Assembly (NCBI RefSeq): GCF_003334405.1
Contig: NZ_QOWM01000013.1
DNA from: Escherichia coli
Lineage (GTDB): Bacteria; Pseudomonadota; Gammaproteobacteria; Enterobacterales; Enterobacteriaceae
Reading direction: 5' to 3' (one strand)
Length of the DNA stretch: 64,000 bases
Shown: one piece after another, positions 45,948-57,412 of the stretch
Layout: every line of letters begins with the position of its first letter
Numbering within the stretch: the stretch's first letter is position 1
Program-made: the position numbers and the translations under genes
The notes under the pieces: model-generated
Databases searched by the model: none
What the model was told of the DNA's origin: nothing
What the model saw: the letters and a program-made list of their open reading frames with translations, nothing else

Positions 45948-48281
45948 TTGGCCAACTCATCCTCACGATATTCCGTTCTGACTGCCGCCCATTGGGGGCC
46001 CATGCTGGTTGAAACCGACGGCGAAACCGTGTTTAGCTCGCGTGGCGCGTTAGCCACAGGAATGGAAAACTCCTTGCAGAGCGCGGTTCGCGACCAGGTT
46101 CACAGCAATACGCGGGTACGATTTCCAATGGTGCGAAAAGGCTTTCTTGCGTCACCGGAAAACCCGCAAGGCATTCGTGGGCAGGATGAATTTGTTCGCG
46201 TGAGTTGGGATGAGGCGCTGGATCTTATTCACCAACAACATAAACGCATTCGTGAGGCTTATGGTCCGGCATCGATTTTTGCTGGTTCCTACGGCTGGCG
46301 TTCAAACGGCGTGCTGCATAAGGCCTCGACATTATTACAACGCTATATGGCGCTGGCAGGCGGTTATACCGGGCATCTGGGGGATTATTCGACCGGCGCG
46401 GCACAGGCGATCATGCCGTATGTCGTGGGTGGTAGTGAAGTTTATCAACAGCAGACCAGTTGGCCGCTGGTGCTGGAACATAGCGATGTCGTGGTGCTGT
46501 GGAGTGCTAACCCACTCAATACGCTGAAAATTGCGTGGAATGCATCCGATGAGCAGGGGCTTTCTTACTTTTCTGCACTGCGTGACAGCGGGAAAAAGCT
46601 GATCTGCATTGATCCAATGCGATCGGAAACCGTCGATTTCTTTGGCGATAAAATGGAGTGGGTGGCACCGCACATGGGCACCGATGTTGCGCTGATGCTG
46701 GGGATCGCCCATACGCTGGTGGAAAATGGTTGGCACGACGAAGCGTTTCTGGCGCGTTGCACCACAGGTTATGCCGTCTTCGCCTCTTATTTGCTGGGCG
46801 AGAGTGACGGAATAGCGAAAACCGCCGAATGGGCAGCAGAGATTTGTGGTGTTGGCGCAGCGAAAATCCGCGAGCTGGCGGCTATTTTCCACCAAAATAC
46901 CACCATGCTGATGGCAGGCTGGGGAATGCAGCGCCAACAGTTTGGTGAGCAAAAACACTGGATGATCGTCACGCTGGCAGCAATGTTGGGGCAAATCGGC
47001 ACACCCGGCGGCGGTTTTGGTCTTTCTTACCATTTTGCCAATGGTGGTAACCCCACGCGGCGTTCTGCGGTGCTCTCTTCCATGCAGGGCAGCTTGCCGG
47101 GTGGCTGCGATGCGGTGGATAAAATCCCTGTTGCCCGCATTGTTGAAGCACTGGAAAACCCTGGTGGCGCATATCAACACAACGGTATGAACCGACATTT
47201 CCCGGATATTCGTTTTATCTGGTGGGCGGGCGGTGCCAACTTTACTCATCATCAGGATACCAATCGCCTGATCCGTGCCTGGCAAAAACCGGAGCTGGTG
47301 GTGATCTCTGAATGCTTCTGGACGGCGGCGGCAAAACACGCGGATATCGTTCTGCCTGCGACTACCTCTTTTGAGCGTAATGATCTCACCATGACCGGTG
47401 ATTACAGTAATCAGCATCTGGTGCCGATGAAGCAAGTGGTGCCGCCACGCTATGAAGCGCGTAATGATTTTGATGTTTTTGCCGAGTTAAGTGAACGCTG
47501 GGAGAAGGGCGGTTATGCACGTTTTACGGAAGGAAAAAGTGAGCTGCAATGGCTGGAAACGTTTTATAACGTTGCCCGACAGCGCGGGGCAAGCCAGCAG
47601 GTTGAATTGCCGCCATTTGCTGAGTTCTGGCAAGCCAACCAGTTAATTGAGATGCCGGAAAACCCGGACAGCGAGCGGTTTATTCGCTTCGCTGATTTTT
47701 GCCGCGATCCGCTGGCGCATCCGTTAAAAACCGCCAGCGGCAAGATTGAAATCTTCTCACAGCGTATTGCCGATTACGGTTACCCGGATTGCCCTGGGCA
47801 TCCAATGTGGCTGGAGCCGGACGAATGGCAGGGCAATGCCGAACCAGAACAGTTGCAGGTACTTTCTGCCCATCCGGCGCACCGCCTGCACAGCCAGCTG
47901 AATTACAGTTCTCTGCGCGAATTGTACGCGGTGGCAAATCGTGAGCCTGTCACCATTCATCCTGACGATGCCCAGGAGCGCGGCATACAAGATGGCGATA
48001 CTGTTCGGTTGTGGAACGCACGCGGGCAAATTCTTGCCGGAGCGGTCATTAGCGAGGGAATTAAACCTGGCGTGATTTGCATTCACGAAGGGGCATGGCC
48101 GGATCTGGATTTAACCGCTGACGGTATTTGTAAAAACGGCGCAGTGAACGTGCTGACCAAAGATCTCCCCAGCTCGCGGCTGGGGAATGGCTGTGCGGGT
48201 AATACGGCGCTGGCATGGCTGGAAAAATACAACGGTCCGGAACTGACACTTACAGCGTTTGAACCACCGGCCAGCTCATAA
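45948..48281 (+). CDS. bisC: Biotin sulfoxide reductase (molybdopterin enzyme)
   Basis: 777-aa ORF recognised as BisC. Confidence 0.93.
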
Positions 48282-48690
48282 TCCATGTGGGTAGTTGGGT
48301 TTCATCCTGCCATGCGCAATCGACAATGTGAAAACCCTGTGCCTGGTAAAAATTTATCGCCGGTTGATTTTTTTGATAAACCTCCAGCATCAGGTGGGGA
48401 TGGCGCTGCTGCACATACTGCATCAGCGCCTTACCAATACCGCGCCTGACGGCCTTCGGTGCGACAAACATCGCTGCCAGAAATCGGCCTTCCATAATGC
48501 TGACAAAACCGAGAAGCTTACCGTCTTCTTCCCAGACCCAGTTTTGCGCGTTGGCAAGATAGGCATCCCGCACCAGCGGAATGCAGTCACGCCAGTAATT
48601 CGCTTTTATAAAGGGATGCCCCCAGGTTGTACTTTCCAGCCACAGTTCGAGGATCGCGGGGAGTTCTGAACGTTGCGCTTCCCGAATCAT
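48250..48690 (-). CDS. yiaC: GNAT-family N-acetyltransferase YiaC
   Basis: 146-aa ORF; 3' end overlaps the bisC 3' end by 32 bp on the opposite strand. Confidence 0.85.
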   Translation of the reverse strand: MIREAQRSELPAILELWLESTTWGHPFIKANYWRDCIPLVRDAYLANAQNWVWEEDGKLLGFVSIMEGRFLAAMFVAPKAVRRGIGKALMQYVQQRHPHLMLEVYQKNQPAINFYQAQGFHIVDCAWQDETQLPTWIMSWPVVQTL

Positions 48691-49250
48691 GGTTTATTTC
48701 CCGGATAGCAACAGCAGCCAACCACATGATCATTCACCAGCCCACATGCCTGCATAAAGGAGTAACAGATTGTGGTGCCGACAAACTTAAAACCACGTTT
48801 TTTCAGTGCCTTAGATAGGGCGTCGGAGGCGGACGTAGATGTGGGAATTTCGCTCAACGTTGTGGCTTGTGTCACCTGTGGCTGATGATTTACAAACGAC
48901 CAGACAAAGTCGACAAACGGTTCGCCGTTCTGTTCCATTTGCAGGTACGCCCGCGCATTACCAATAATTGCCTGAATTTTCCCTCGATGGCGGATAATCC
49001 CGGCGTCCTGTACCAGTCTTTCGACATCCTCTTCCTGCATTGCTGCGACCTTCACCGGATCGAACTGATGAAAGCAGGCGCGATAGTTTTCGCGTTTTTT
49101 GAGGACGGTGATCCACGATAATCCAGCCTGCTGCCCTTCAAGGCAGATCATTTCGAACAGTTTTTTACTGTCAGTTTCAGGCACGCCCCACTCATTATCA
49201 TGGTAGGCAATATAAAGCGGGTCCTGACTCACCCAGCCGCAACGTTCCAT
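48687..49250 (-). CDS. tag: 3-methyladenine DNA glycosylase I
   Basis: Start placed at ATG 49250 (MERCGWVSQDPLYIAYHDNEWGVP...), giving 187 aa; 4-bp overlap with the yiaC start. Confidence 0.93.
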   Translation of the reverse strand: MERCGWVSQDPLYIAYHDNEWGVPETDSKKLFEMICLEGQQAGLSWITVLKKRENYRACFHQFDPVKVAAMQEEDVERLVQDAGIIRHRGKIQAIIGNARAYLQMEQNGEPFVDFVWSFVNHQPQVTQATTLSEIPTSTSASDALSKALKKRGFKFVGTTICYSFMQACGLVNDHVVGCCCYPGNKP

Positions 49251-49407
49251 ACTTTCCCTCGCTATGTACCCGATCGTAAAAATTTCAGCCGCTTTTCTTG
49301 ACGCATCGGTGAAAAAGTCAATATTTAATACAGGGCTACTATGCCCGATATCCTTCATACAATGACAATAATATTGCCGAATTCGGCTCTTCTCTGGAGT
49401 CGTGTTA

Positions 49408-50106
49408 ATGATCATAAAAAAAAGCGGTGGTCGCTGGCAGCTAAGCCTGCTGGCGAGCGTGGTAATCAGTGCCTTTTTTCTCAACACAGCTTACGCCTGG
49501 CAACAAGAATATATCGTTGATACGCAACCCGGACTTTCCACAGAGCGTTACACCTGGGATAGTGATCATCAACCTGATTACAACGATATTTTGTCGCAAC
49601 GTATTCAAAGTAGCCAAAGGGCGCTGGGACTGGAAGTCAATCTGGCGGAAGAAACCCCTGTGGATGTGACCAGCAGTATGAGTATGGGCTGGAATTTTCC
49701 TTTATATGAACAGGTTACAACCGGCCCGGTCGCGGCATTACATTACGATGGCACAACCACCTCGATGTATAACGAGTTTGGCGACAGTACTACCACGCTG
49801 ACCGATCCGTTATGGCATGCCAGCGTGAGTACCTTAGGCTGGCGTGTTGACTCCCGGCTTGGCGATCTCCGACCCTGGGCGCAAATCAGCTATAACCAGC
49901 AATTTGGCGAGAATATCTGGAAGGCGCAATCAGGCCTGAGCCGGATGACGGCGACAAACCAGAACGGCAACTGGCTGGATGTCACCGTAGGCGCTGATAT
50001 GTTGCTCAATCAAAATATTGCCGCCTATGCCGCGCTAACTCAGGCAGAAAATACCACTAATAATAGCGACTATCTGTATACGATGGGGGTTAGCGCCAGA
50101 TTTTAA
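49408..50106 (+). CDS. yhjY: Uncharacterised signal-peptide protein YhjY (autotransporter beta-domain-like)
   Basis: Start placed at ATG 49408 (MIIKKSGGRWQLSLLASVVISAFFLNTAYA...); C-terminal ...MGVSARF beta-barrel-like terminus. Start position is uncertain. Confidence 0.75.
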   Translation: MIIKKSGGRWQLSLLASVVISAFFLNTAYAWQQEYIVDTQPGLSTERYTWDSDHQPDYNDILSQRIQSSQRALGLEVNLAEETPVDVTSSMSMGWNFPLYEQVTTGPVAALHYDGTTTSMYNEFGDSTTTLTDPLWHASVSTLGWRVDSRLGDLRPWAQISYNQQFGENIWKAQSGLSRMTATNQNGNWLDVTVGADMLLNQNIAAYAALTQAENTTNNSDYLYTMGVSARF

Positions 50107-50220
50107 CGTAACAGTCACAATTGAAACCATTAAATAACAATAGTTGTGGCGATAGTGGGTGCTAACTTACCAAATAATAAATTTGGTGAATAATTGTCGC
50201 GTCATTCATTCCTGAACTAA

Positions 50221-50251
50221 GGCATTTCATTCCGTTCTGATGGCATTTCAT
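50221..50251 (+). promoter_or_regulatory. YpdB (pyruvate-responsive response regulator) binding site in the yhjX promoter
   Basis: Two perfect direct repeats GGCATTTCAT (50221..50230 and 50242..50251) separated by 11 bp, about 85 bp upstream of the yhjX start. Confidence 0.6.
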
Positions 50252-50334
50252 GCCGTTTTTCCCCAGGCATAAAGTGCACTTCGTTATGGTTGTCGGCAGA
50301 GATTTTTCCTTTTTATTACTGCAGGAATACTGCC

Positions 50335-51543
50335 ATGACACCTTCAAATTATCAGCGTACCCGCTGGCTGACACTCATCGGTACTATCATTACCCAGTTT
50401 GCGCTGGGGTCGGTTTATACCTGGAGCCTGTTTAATGGCGCGCTTTCCGCCAAGCTGGATGCGCCGGTAAGCCAGGTCGCTTTCTCTTTCGGCTTGTTAA
50501 GTCTGGGGCTGGCAATTTCGTCTTCTGTTGCGGGCAAATTACAGGAACGTTTTGGCGTTAAACGCGTCACCATGGCTTCCGGCATTTTGCTGGGATTAGG
50601 CTTCTTCCTGACAGCGCATTCTGACAACCTGATGATGCTGTGGTTAAGCGCCGGTGTGCTGGTGGGACTGGCAGATGGCGCGGGTTATCTGCTGACGCTC
50701 TCTAACTGTGTGAAGTGGTTCCCGGAGCGTAAAGGTCTGATCTCCGCGTTCGCTATCGGTTCTTATGGTCTGGGTAGCCTGGGTTTCAAATTTATCGACA
50801 CGCAGCTGCTGGAAACGGTCGGTCTGGAAAAAACCTTTGTGATTTGGGGAGCGATTGCGCTGTTGATGATTGTTTTCGGCGCAACGTTAATGAAAGACGC
50901 ACCAAAACAGGAAGTGAAAACCAGCAATGGTGTGGTGGAGAAAGATTACACGCTGGCAGAGTCGATGCGTAAACCGCAGTACTGGATGTTAGCGGTAATG
51001 TTCCTGACCGCCTGCATGAGCGGCCTGTACGTGATTGGGGTAGCGAAAGATATCGCCCAAAGTCTGGCACACCTTGATGTGGTTTCCGCAGCCAATGCAG
51101 TCACTGTTATTTCCATCGCCAACCTTTCAGGTCGTCTGGTGCTGGGTATTCTGTCTGACAAAATCGCCCGTATCCGTGTTATTACCATTGGTCAGGTGAT
51201 ATCGCTGGTGGGTATGGCGGCCCTGCTGTTTGCACCATTGAATGCAGTGACGTTCTTTGCAGCGATTGCCTGCGTGGCATTTAACTTTGGCGGCACTATT
51301 ACCGTCTTTCCGTCACTGGTCAGTGAGTTCTTTGGCCTCAATAACCTGGCGAAAAACTACGGTGTGATTTATCTCGGTTTCGGTATCGGTAGCATTTGTG
51401 GTTCGATTATCGCCTCACTGTTTGGCGGCTTCTATGTGACCTTCTACGTGATTTTCGCCCTGCTGATTCTGTCATTGGCGCTTTCTACGACGATTCGTCA
51501 GCCAGAGCAGAAAATGTTGCGTGAGGCGCATGGCTCCCTTTAA
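50335..51543 (+). CDS. yhjX: MFS transporter YhjX
   Basis: Start placed at ATG 50335 (MTPSNYQRTRWLTLIGTIITQ...), giving 402 aa; 12-TM MFS protein. Confidence 0.9.
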   Translation: MTPSNYQRTRWLTLIGTIITQFALGSVYTWSLFNGALSAKLDAPVSQVAFSFGLLSLGLAISSSVAGKLQERFGVKRVTMASGILLGLGFFLTAHSDNLMMLWLSAGVLVGLADGAGYLLTLSNCVKWFPERKGLISAFAIGSYGLGSLGFKFIDTQLLETVGLEKTFVIWGAIALLMIVFGATLMKDAPKQEVKTSNGVVEKDYTLAESMRKPQYWMLAVMFLTACMSGLYVIGVAKDIAQSLAHLDVVSAANAVTVISIANLSGRLVLGILSDKIARIRVITIGQVISLVGMAALLFAPLNAVTFFAAIACVAFNFGGTITVFPSLVSEFFGLNNLAKNYGVIYLGFGIGSICGSIIASLFGGFYVTFYVIFALLILSLALSTTIRQPEQKMLREAHGSL

Positions 51544-51866
51544 TGCTCAGCCGCGAGCTACTGGGCTTCAGCTTCCGTGTGCATCAAACGCATCAACGAA
51601 ATGTATAAACAATGACTCGTAAAATTTGGGCCAATTAACTGGCCCTTTTTACTGCTTTTTGTAACGCTAAAGTCTCTTTTCAAACTTGCATTTTTGTAAA
51701 TTTGTGCTTCATGCACACTCTTTCCCCACACTTTTTCCCTTTGCTGTGGTCTACTTATTCGCGCGTGTAGATTTTACTTATCTGACTACCTCCGCACTTT
51801 TTCCCTGCCGGGCCTGAAAAGCCACTAAGCAGGGTGTTATCACCTGTTTGTCCAGGGTTTGTTTGC

Positions 51867-53558
51867 ATGAGATACATCAAATCGATTACACAGCAGAAGC
51901 TGAGCTTTTTGCTTGCAATCTATATTGGCCTTTTTATGAATGGCGCGGTTTTTTACCGCCGCTTCGGCAGCTATGCGCACGATTTTACCGTCTGGAAAGG
52001 CATTTCTGCTGTTGTTGAACTGGCCGCCACCGTACTGGTGACCTTCTTTTTACTACGTCTTCTTTCGCTGTTTGGCCGCCGCAGCTGGCGTATTCTGGCA
52101 TCGCTGGTGGTGCTCTTTTCCGCAGGTGCCAGCTATTACATGACCTTCCTTAATGTGGTCATTGGTTATGGCATCATCGCTTCCGTCATGACCACCGATA
52201 TCGACCTGTCAAAAGAAGTTGTTGGTCTGAACTTTATTCTCTGGTTAATCGCCGTTAGTGCATTGCCTCTTATCCTTATCTGGAATAACCGCTGTCGCTA
52301 CACCTTGCTCCGACAACTGCGAACCCCAGGGCAGCGTATTCGCAGCCTGGCGGTCGTCGTACTGGCGGGTATTATGGTTTGGGCACCGATTCGTTTGCTG
52401 GATATCCAGCAGAAGAAAGTGGAGAGGGCGACCGGCGTTGATTTGCCGAGTTATGGCGGTGTCGTAGCGAACTCTTATCTGCCATCAAACTGGCTTTCTG
52501 CGTTGGGGCTGTATGCCTGGGCGCGGGTCGATGAATCTTCCGATAATAATTCATTGCTTAATCCGGCGAAGAAATTCACTTATCAGGCACCGCAAAACGT
52601 TGATGACACTTATGTCGTGTTTATCATCGGTGAAACCACGCGTTGGGACCATATGGGTATTTTCGGCTATGAGCGTAATACCACGCCGAAACTGGCCCAG
52701 GAGAAAAATCTGGCGGCGTTCCGTGGTTACTCCTGTGATACCGCAACCAAACTCTCACTGCGTTGCATGTTTGTACGTCAGGGGGGCGCGGAAGATAATC
52801 CGCAGCGCACATTAAAAGAACAGAACATTTTCGCGGTTCTGAAGCAGTTAGGATTCAGTTCTGACCTCTACGCTATGCAGAGCGAAATGTGGTTCTACAG
52901 CAACACGATGGCGGACAACATTGCTTATCGTGAGCAGATTGGTGCGGAGCCACGTAATCGTGGCAAGCCGGTAGATGATATGTTGCTGGTAGACGAAATG
53001 CAGCAATCGCTAGGGCGCAACCCGGATGGTAAGCATCTGATCATTCTGCATACCAAAGGTTCGCATTTTAACTACACCCAGCGTTATCCGCGTAGCTTCG
53101 CGCAGTGGAAGCCGGAATGTATTGGTGTTGATAGCGGCTGTACCAAAGCGCAGATGATCAACTCCTATGACAACTCGGTGACCTATGTGGATCACTTTAT
53201 CTCCAGCGTGATTGATCAGGTTCGCGATAAGAAAGCGATTGTGTTCTACGCAGCTGACCACGGTGAGTCAATTAATGAACGCGAGCACCTGCACGGCACG
53301 CCGCGTGAACTGGCACCGCCGGAGCAGTTCCGCGTACCGATGATGGTCTGGATGTCAGATAAATATCTGGAAAATCCGGCCAATGCGCAGGCGTTTGCGC
53401 AGCTGAAAAAAGAAGCCGACATGAAAGTGCCACGCCGTCACGTAGAGCTGTACGATACCATCATGGGTTGTCTTGGCTATACTTCACCGGATGGTGGAAT
53501 TAACGAAAACAACAACTGGTGTCACATCCCGCAGGCAAAAGAGGCAGCGGCTAACTAA
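51867..53558 (+). CDS. eptB: Kdo2-lipid A phosphoethanolamine transferase
   Basis: Start placed at ATG 51867 ([21 protein letters not shown]...), giving 563 aa; N-terminal TM domain plus sulfatase-like domain. Confidence 0.9.
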
Positions 53559-53649
53559 GCGGCCTGCTGACTTTCTCGCCGATCAAAAGGCATTTTGCTA
53601 TTAAGGGATTGACGAGGGCGTATCTGCGCAGTAAGATGCGCCCCGCATT

Positions 53650-53726
<77 letters not shown>

Positions 53727-53735
53727 AATTCGAAA

Positions 53736-53762
53736 AGCCTGCTCAACGAGCAGGCTTTTTTG
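53736..53762 (+). terminator. Rho-independent terminator of proK
   Basis: agcctgctc / loop aacg / agcaggct followed by TTTTT. Confidence 0.7.
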
Positions 53763-53816
53763 CATCTGCAGCTCATGAGGATGAGAACCTCCGGGGGCAG
53801 GGAGGTTCGACTCGAC

Positions 53817-53902
53817 GTAGGCCTGATAAGACGCGTCAGCGTCGCATCAGGCAAATGTGCCGGCCATTGTCGGATGCGGCGCGACCGCCTTATTCGACCT
53901 AC
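53817..53902. repeat. REP/BIME element downstream of proK
   Basis: gtaggcctgataagacgcgtcagcgtcgcatcaggca ... cggatgcggcgcgaccgccttattcgacctac. Confidence 0.65.
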
Positions 53903-54419
53903 ACGACACACATTTCCCTGCCAAATTTGCGCCCCATATCTCACTATCCATTAACGGATTTGTGACAGAAACCATTGTCTTTTTTTATATTTGCTTAAAT
54001 CTTTTTTTGCGTTACTTATGGCTGGCCCTGGCATTTTCCGCTGTGCGTTTTAGCGTTCATGGTATTAATCGCTCAGATATCCACCTTTTCCTCAGATTTT
54101 TTTCATTAAATGCATAAAACTTAATCACCAAATGTTGCTAAATATTAAGCTGATTGTTCTGGTCATGTTGGAGTAGCACAAATTTCTCTGCTGCAAATAG
54201 CTGTTTGAAGTTTTTTTAATCTTTGTTTGTGGATTCTCACCGTTGGTGTAAATCCCGGTTGGCTGTATTGACGTTTTCACATTCTGTTGACAGATTGTAG
54301 GTCACGAGGGGCATTTTATGGAGGATCCGCACTGTTACACTGATGTTAATTAGTACGGCATCCCCACCTCATAACGTTGACCCGACCGGGCAAAAAACAA
54401 AAAAGGTCAGGCAGCGACA

Positions 54420-54468
54420 ACCCACTGCAAAGGGTTAAAACAACAAACATCACAATTGGAGCAGAATA
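54420..54468 (+). promoter_or_regulatory. dppA 5' leader CA-rich element (candidate GcvB sRNA pairing site) and RBS
   Basis: aaaacaacaaacatcacaatt immediately upstream of the ggag Shine-Dalgarno; dppA is a recalled GcvB target. Confidence 0.4.
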
Positions 54469-56076
54469 ATGCGTATTTCCTTGAAAAAGTCAGGGATGCT
54501 GAAGCTTGGTCTCAGCCTGGTGGCTATGACCGTCGCAGCAAGTGTTCAGGCTAAAACTCTGGTTTATTGCTCAGAAGGATCTCCGGAAGGGTTTAACCCG
54601 CAGCTGTTTACCTCCGGCACCACCTATGACGCCTCTTCCGTCCCGCTTTATAACCGTCTGGTTGAATTTAAAATCGGCACCACCGAAGTGATCCCGGGCC
54701 TCGCTGAAAAGTGGGAAGTCAGCGAAGACGGTAAAACCTATACCTTCCATCTGCGTAAAGGTGTGAAGTGGCACGACAATAAAGAATTCAAACCGACGCG
54801 TGAACTGAACGCCGATGATGTGGTGTTCTCGTTCGATCGTCAGAAAAACGCGCAAAACCCGTACCATAAAGTTTCTGGCGGCAGCTACGAATACTTCGAA
54901 GGCATGGGCTTGCCAGAGCTGATCAGTGAAGTGAAAAAGGTGGACGACAACACCGTTCAGTTTGTGCTGACTCGCCCGGAAGCGCCGTTCCTCGCTGACC
55001 TGGCAATGGACTTCGCCTCTATTCTGTCAAAAGAATATGCTGATGCGATGATGAAAGCCGGTACACCGGAAAAACTGGACCTCAACCCAATCGGAACCGG
55101 TCCGTTCCAGTTACAGCAGTATCAAAAAGATTCCCGTATCCGCTACAAAGCGTTTGATGGCTACTGGGGCACCAAACCGCAGATCGATACGCTGGTTTTC
55201 TCTATTACCCCTGACGCTTCCGTGCGTTACGCGAAATTGCAGAAGAATGAATGCCAGGTGATGCCGTACCCGAACCCGGCAGATATCGCTCGCATGAAGC
55301 AGGATAAATCCATCAATCTGATGGAAATGCCGGGGCTGAACGTCGGTTATCTCTCGTATAACGTGCAGAAAAAACCACTCGATGACGTGAAAGTTCGCCA
55401 GGCTCTGACCTACGCGGTGAACAAAGACGCGATCATCAAAGCGGTTTATCAGGGCGCGGGCGTATCAGCGAAAAACCTGATCCCGCCAACCATGTGGGGC
55501 TATAACGACGACGTTCAGGACTACACCTACGATCCTGAAAAAGCGAAAGCCTTGCTGAAAGAAGCGGGTCTGGAAAAAGGTTTCTCCATCGACCTGTGGG
55601 CGATGCCGGTACAACGTCCGTATAACCCGAACGCTCGCCGCATGGCGGAGATGATTCAGGCAGACTGGGCGAAAGTCGGCGTGCAGGCCAAAATTGTCAC
55701 CTACGAATGGGGTGAGTACCTCAAGCGTGCGAAAGATGGCGAGCACCAGACGGTAATGATGGGCTGGACTGGCGATAACGGGGATCCGGATAACTTCTTC
55801 GCCACCCTGTTCAGCTGCGCCGCCTCTGAACAAGGCTCCAACTACTCAAAATGGTGCTACAAACCGTTTGAAGATCTGATTCAACCGGCGCGTGCTACCG
55901 ACGACCACAATAAACGCGTTGAACTGTACAAACAAGCGCAGGTGGTGATGCACGATCAGGCTCCGGCACTGATCATCGCTCACTCCACCGTGTTTGAACC
56001 GGTACGTAAAGAAGTTAAAGGCTATGTGGTTGATCCATTAGGCAAACATCACTTCGAAAACGTCTCTATCGAATAA
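54469..56076 (+). CDS. dppA: Periplasmic dipeptide-binding protein
   Basis: 535-aa ORF with signal peptide; recognised as DppA. Confidence 0.97.
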   Translation: MRISLKKSGMLKLGLSLVAMTVAASVQAKTLVYCSEGSPEGFNPQLFTSGTTYDASSVPLYNRLVEFKIGTTEVIPGLAEKWEVSEDGKTYTFHLRKGVKWHDNKEFKPTRELNADDVVFSFDRQKNAQNPYHKVSGGSYEYFEGMGLPELISEVKKVDDNTVQFVLTRPEAPFLADLAMDFASILSKEYADAMMKAGTPEKLDLNPIGTGPFQLQQYQKDSRIRYKAFDGYWGTKPQIDTLVFSITPDASVRYAKLQKNECQVMPYPNPADIARMKQDKSINLMEMPGLNVGYLSYNVQKKPLDDVKVRQALTYAVNKDAIIKAVYQGAGVSAKNLIPPTMWGYNDDVQDYTYDPEKAKALLKEAGLEKGFSIDLWAMPVQRPYNPNARRMAEMIQADWAKVGVQAKIVTYEWGEYLKRAKDGEHQTVMMGWTGDNGDPDNFFATLFSCAASEQGSNYSKWCYKPFEDLIQPARATDDHNKRVELYKQAQVVMHDQAPALIIAHSTVFEPVRKEVKGYVVDPLGKHHFENVSIE

Positions 56077-56112
56077 TTAAAAGCCATACAAGACTGATGG
56101 CAAAGGCAAAAA

Positions 56113-56212
56113 TGCCTGATGCGCTCCGCTTATCAGGCCTACGAAAATTCTGCAATGTATTGAATTTGCACGATTTTGTAGGCCGGATAAGGCGTTAACG
56201 CCGCATCCGGCA
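56113..56212. repeat. REP/BIME element in the dppA-dppB intergenic region
   Basis: tgcctgatgcgctccgcttatcaggcctac ... gtaggccggataaggcgttaacgccgcatccggca. Confidence 0.7.
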
Positions 56213-56383
56213 TAAACAAAGCGCACTTTGTCAACAATCTGTATACCCGGTGGCGCTGTGCCTCTGCGTGCAGCGCCATCCGGCAGCAATACTTCATTCC
56301 CTGTCCGATAAGGGCGGGAATTGATTTGTGAGCAATACAGACACGCAGTTCCAGGCTGCGGGTCACTATAGAGAATCCGGGTT

Positions 56384-57403
56384 ATGTTGCAGTTTATTCT
56401 CCGACGTTTGGGACTCGTCATCCCCACGTTTATCGGTATTACCCTTCTCACATTTGCCTTTGTCCACATGATCCCGGGCGATCCGGTGATGATCATGGCG
56501 GGCGAACGTGGGATCTCCCCAGAGCGTCACGCGCAGCTGCTGGCTGAACTCGGCTTAGATAAACCGATGTGGCAGCAGTATCTCCATTACATTTGGGGCG
56601 TTATGCATGGCGATCTAGGCATTTCAATGAAAAGCCGCATCCCGGTTTGGGAAGAGTTCGTGCCGCGCTTCCAGGCCACGCTGGAACTTGGCGTCTGCGC
56701 GATGATTTTTGCTACGGCAGTCGGTATTCCGGTCGGCGTGCTGGCTGCGGTTAAACGCGGTTCCATTTTCGATCACACAGCGGTTGGCCTGGCGCTGACA
56801 GGTTATTCAATGCCTATCTTCTGGTGGGGCATGATGCTGATCATGCTGGTTTCGGTGCACTGGAACCTGACGCCCGTCTCCGGTCGCGTGAGCGATATGG
56901 TGTTCCTCGATGACTCCAATCCGTTAACCGGTTTTATGCTAATCGACACCGCCATCTGGGGTGAAGACGGCAACTTTATCGATGCCGTCGCCCATATGAT
57001 CTTGCCTGCCATTGTGCTGGGTACTATTCCGCTGGCGGTCATTGTGCGTATGACACGCTCCTCGATGCTGGAAGTGCTGGGCGAGGATTACATCCGCACC
57101 GCGCGCGCCAAAGGGCTAACCCGCATGCGGGTGATTATCGTCCATGCGCTGCGTAACGCGATGCTGCCGGTGGTGACCGTTATCGGCCTGCAGGTGGGAA
57201 CATTGCTGGCGGGGGCGATTCTGACCGAAACCATCTTCTCGTGGCCCGGTCTGGGACGCTGGTTGATTGACGCACTGCAACGCCGCGACTATCCGGTAGT
57301 GCAGGGCGGCGTATTGCTGGTGGCGACGATGATTATCCTCGTCAACTTGCTGGTCGATCTGCTGTACGGCGTGGTGAACCCGCGTATTCGTCATAAGAAG
57401 TAA
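56384..57403 (+). CDS. dppB: Dipeptide ABC transporter permease
   Basis: 339-aa ORF. Confidence 0.95.
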   Translation: MLQFILRRLGLVIPTFIGITLLTFAFVHMIPGDPVMIMAGERGISPERHAQLLAELGLDKPMWQQYLHYIWGVMHGDLGISMKSRIPVWEEFVPRFQATLELGVCAMIFATAVGIPVGVLAAVKRGSIFDHTAVGLALTGYSMPIFWWGMMLIMLVSVHWNLTPVSGRVSDMVFLDDSNPLTGFMLIDTAIWGEDGNFIDAVAHMILPAIVLGTIPLAVIVRMTRSSMLEVLGEDYIRTARAKGLTRMRVIIVHALRNAMLPVVTVIGLQVGTLLAGAILTETIFSWPGLGRWLIDALQRRDYPVVQGGVLLVATMIILVNLLVDLLYGVVNPRIRHKK

Positions 57404-57412
57404 GGGGACATC

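Noticed and set aside
46335-47435. 366-aa minus-strand ORF
   Set aside because: Antisense to bisC; same artefact.
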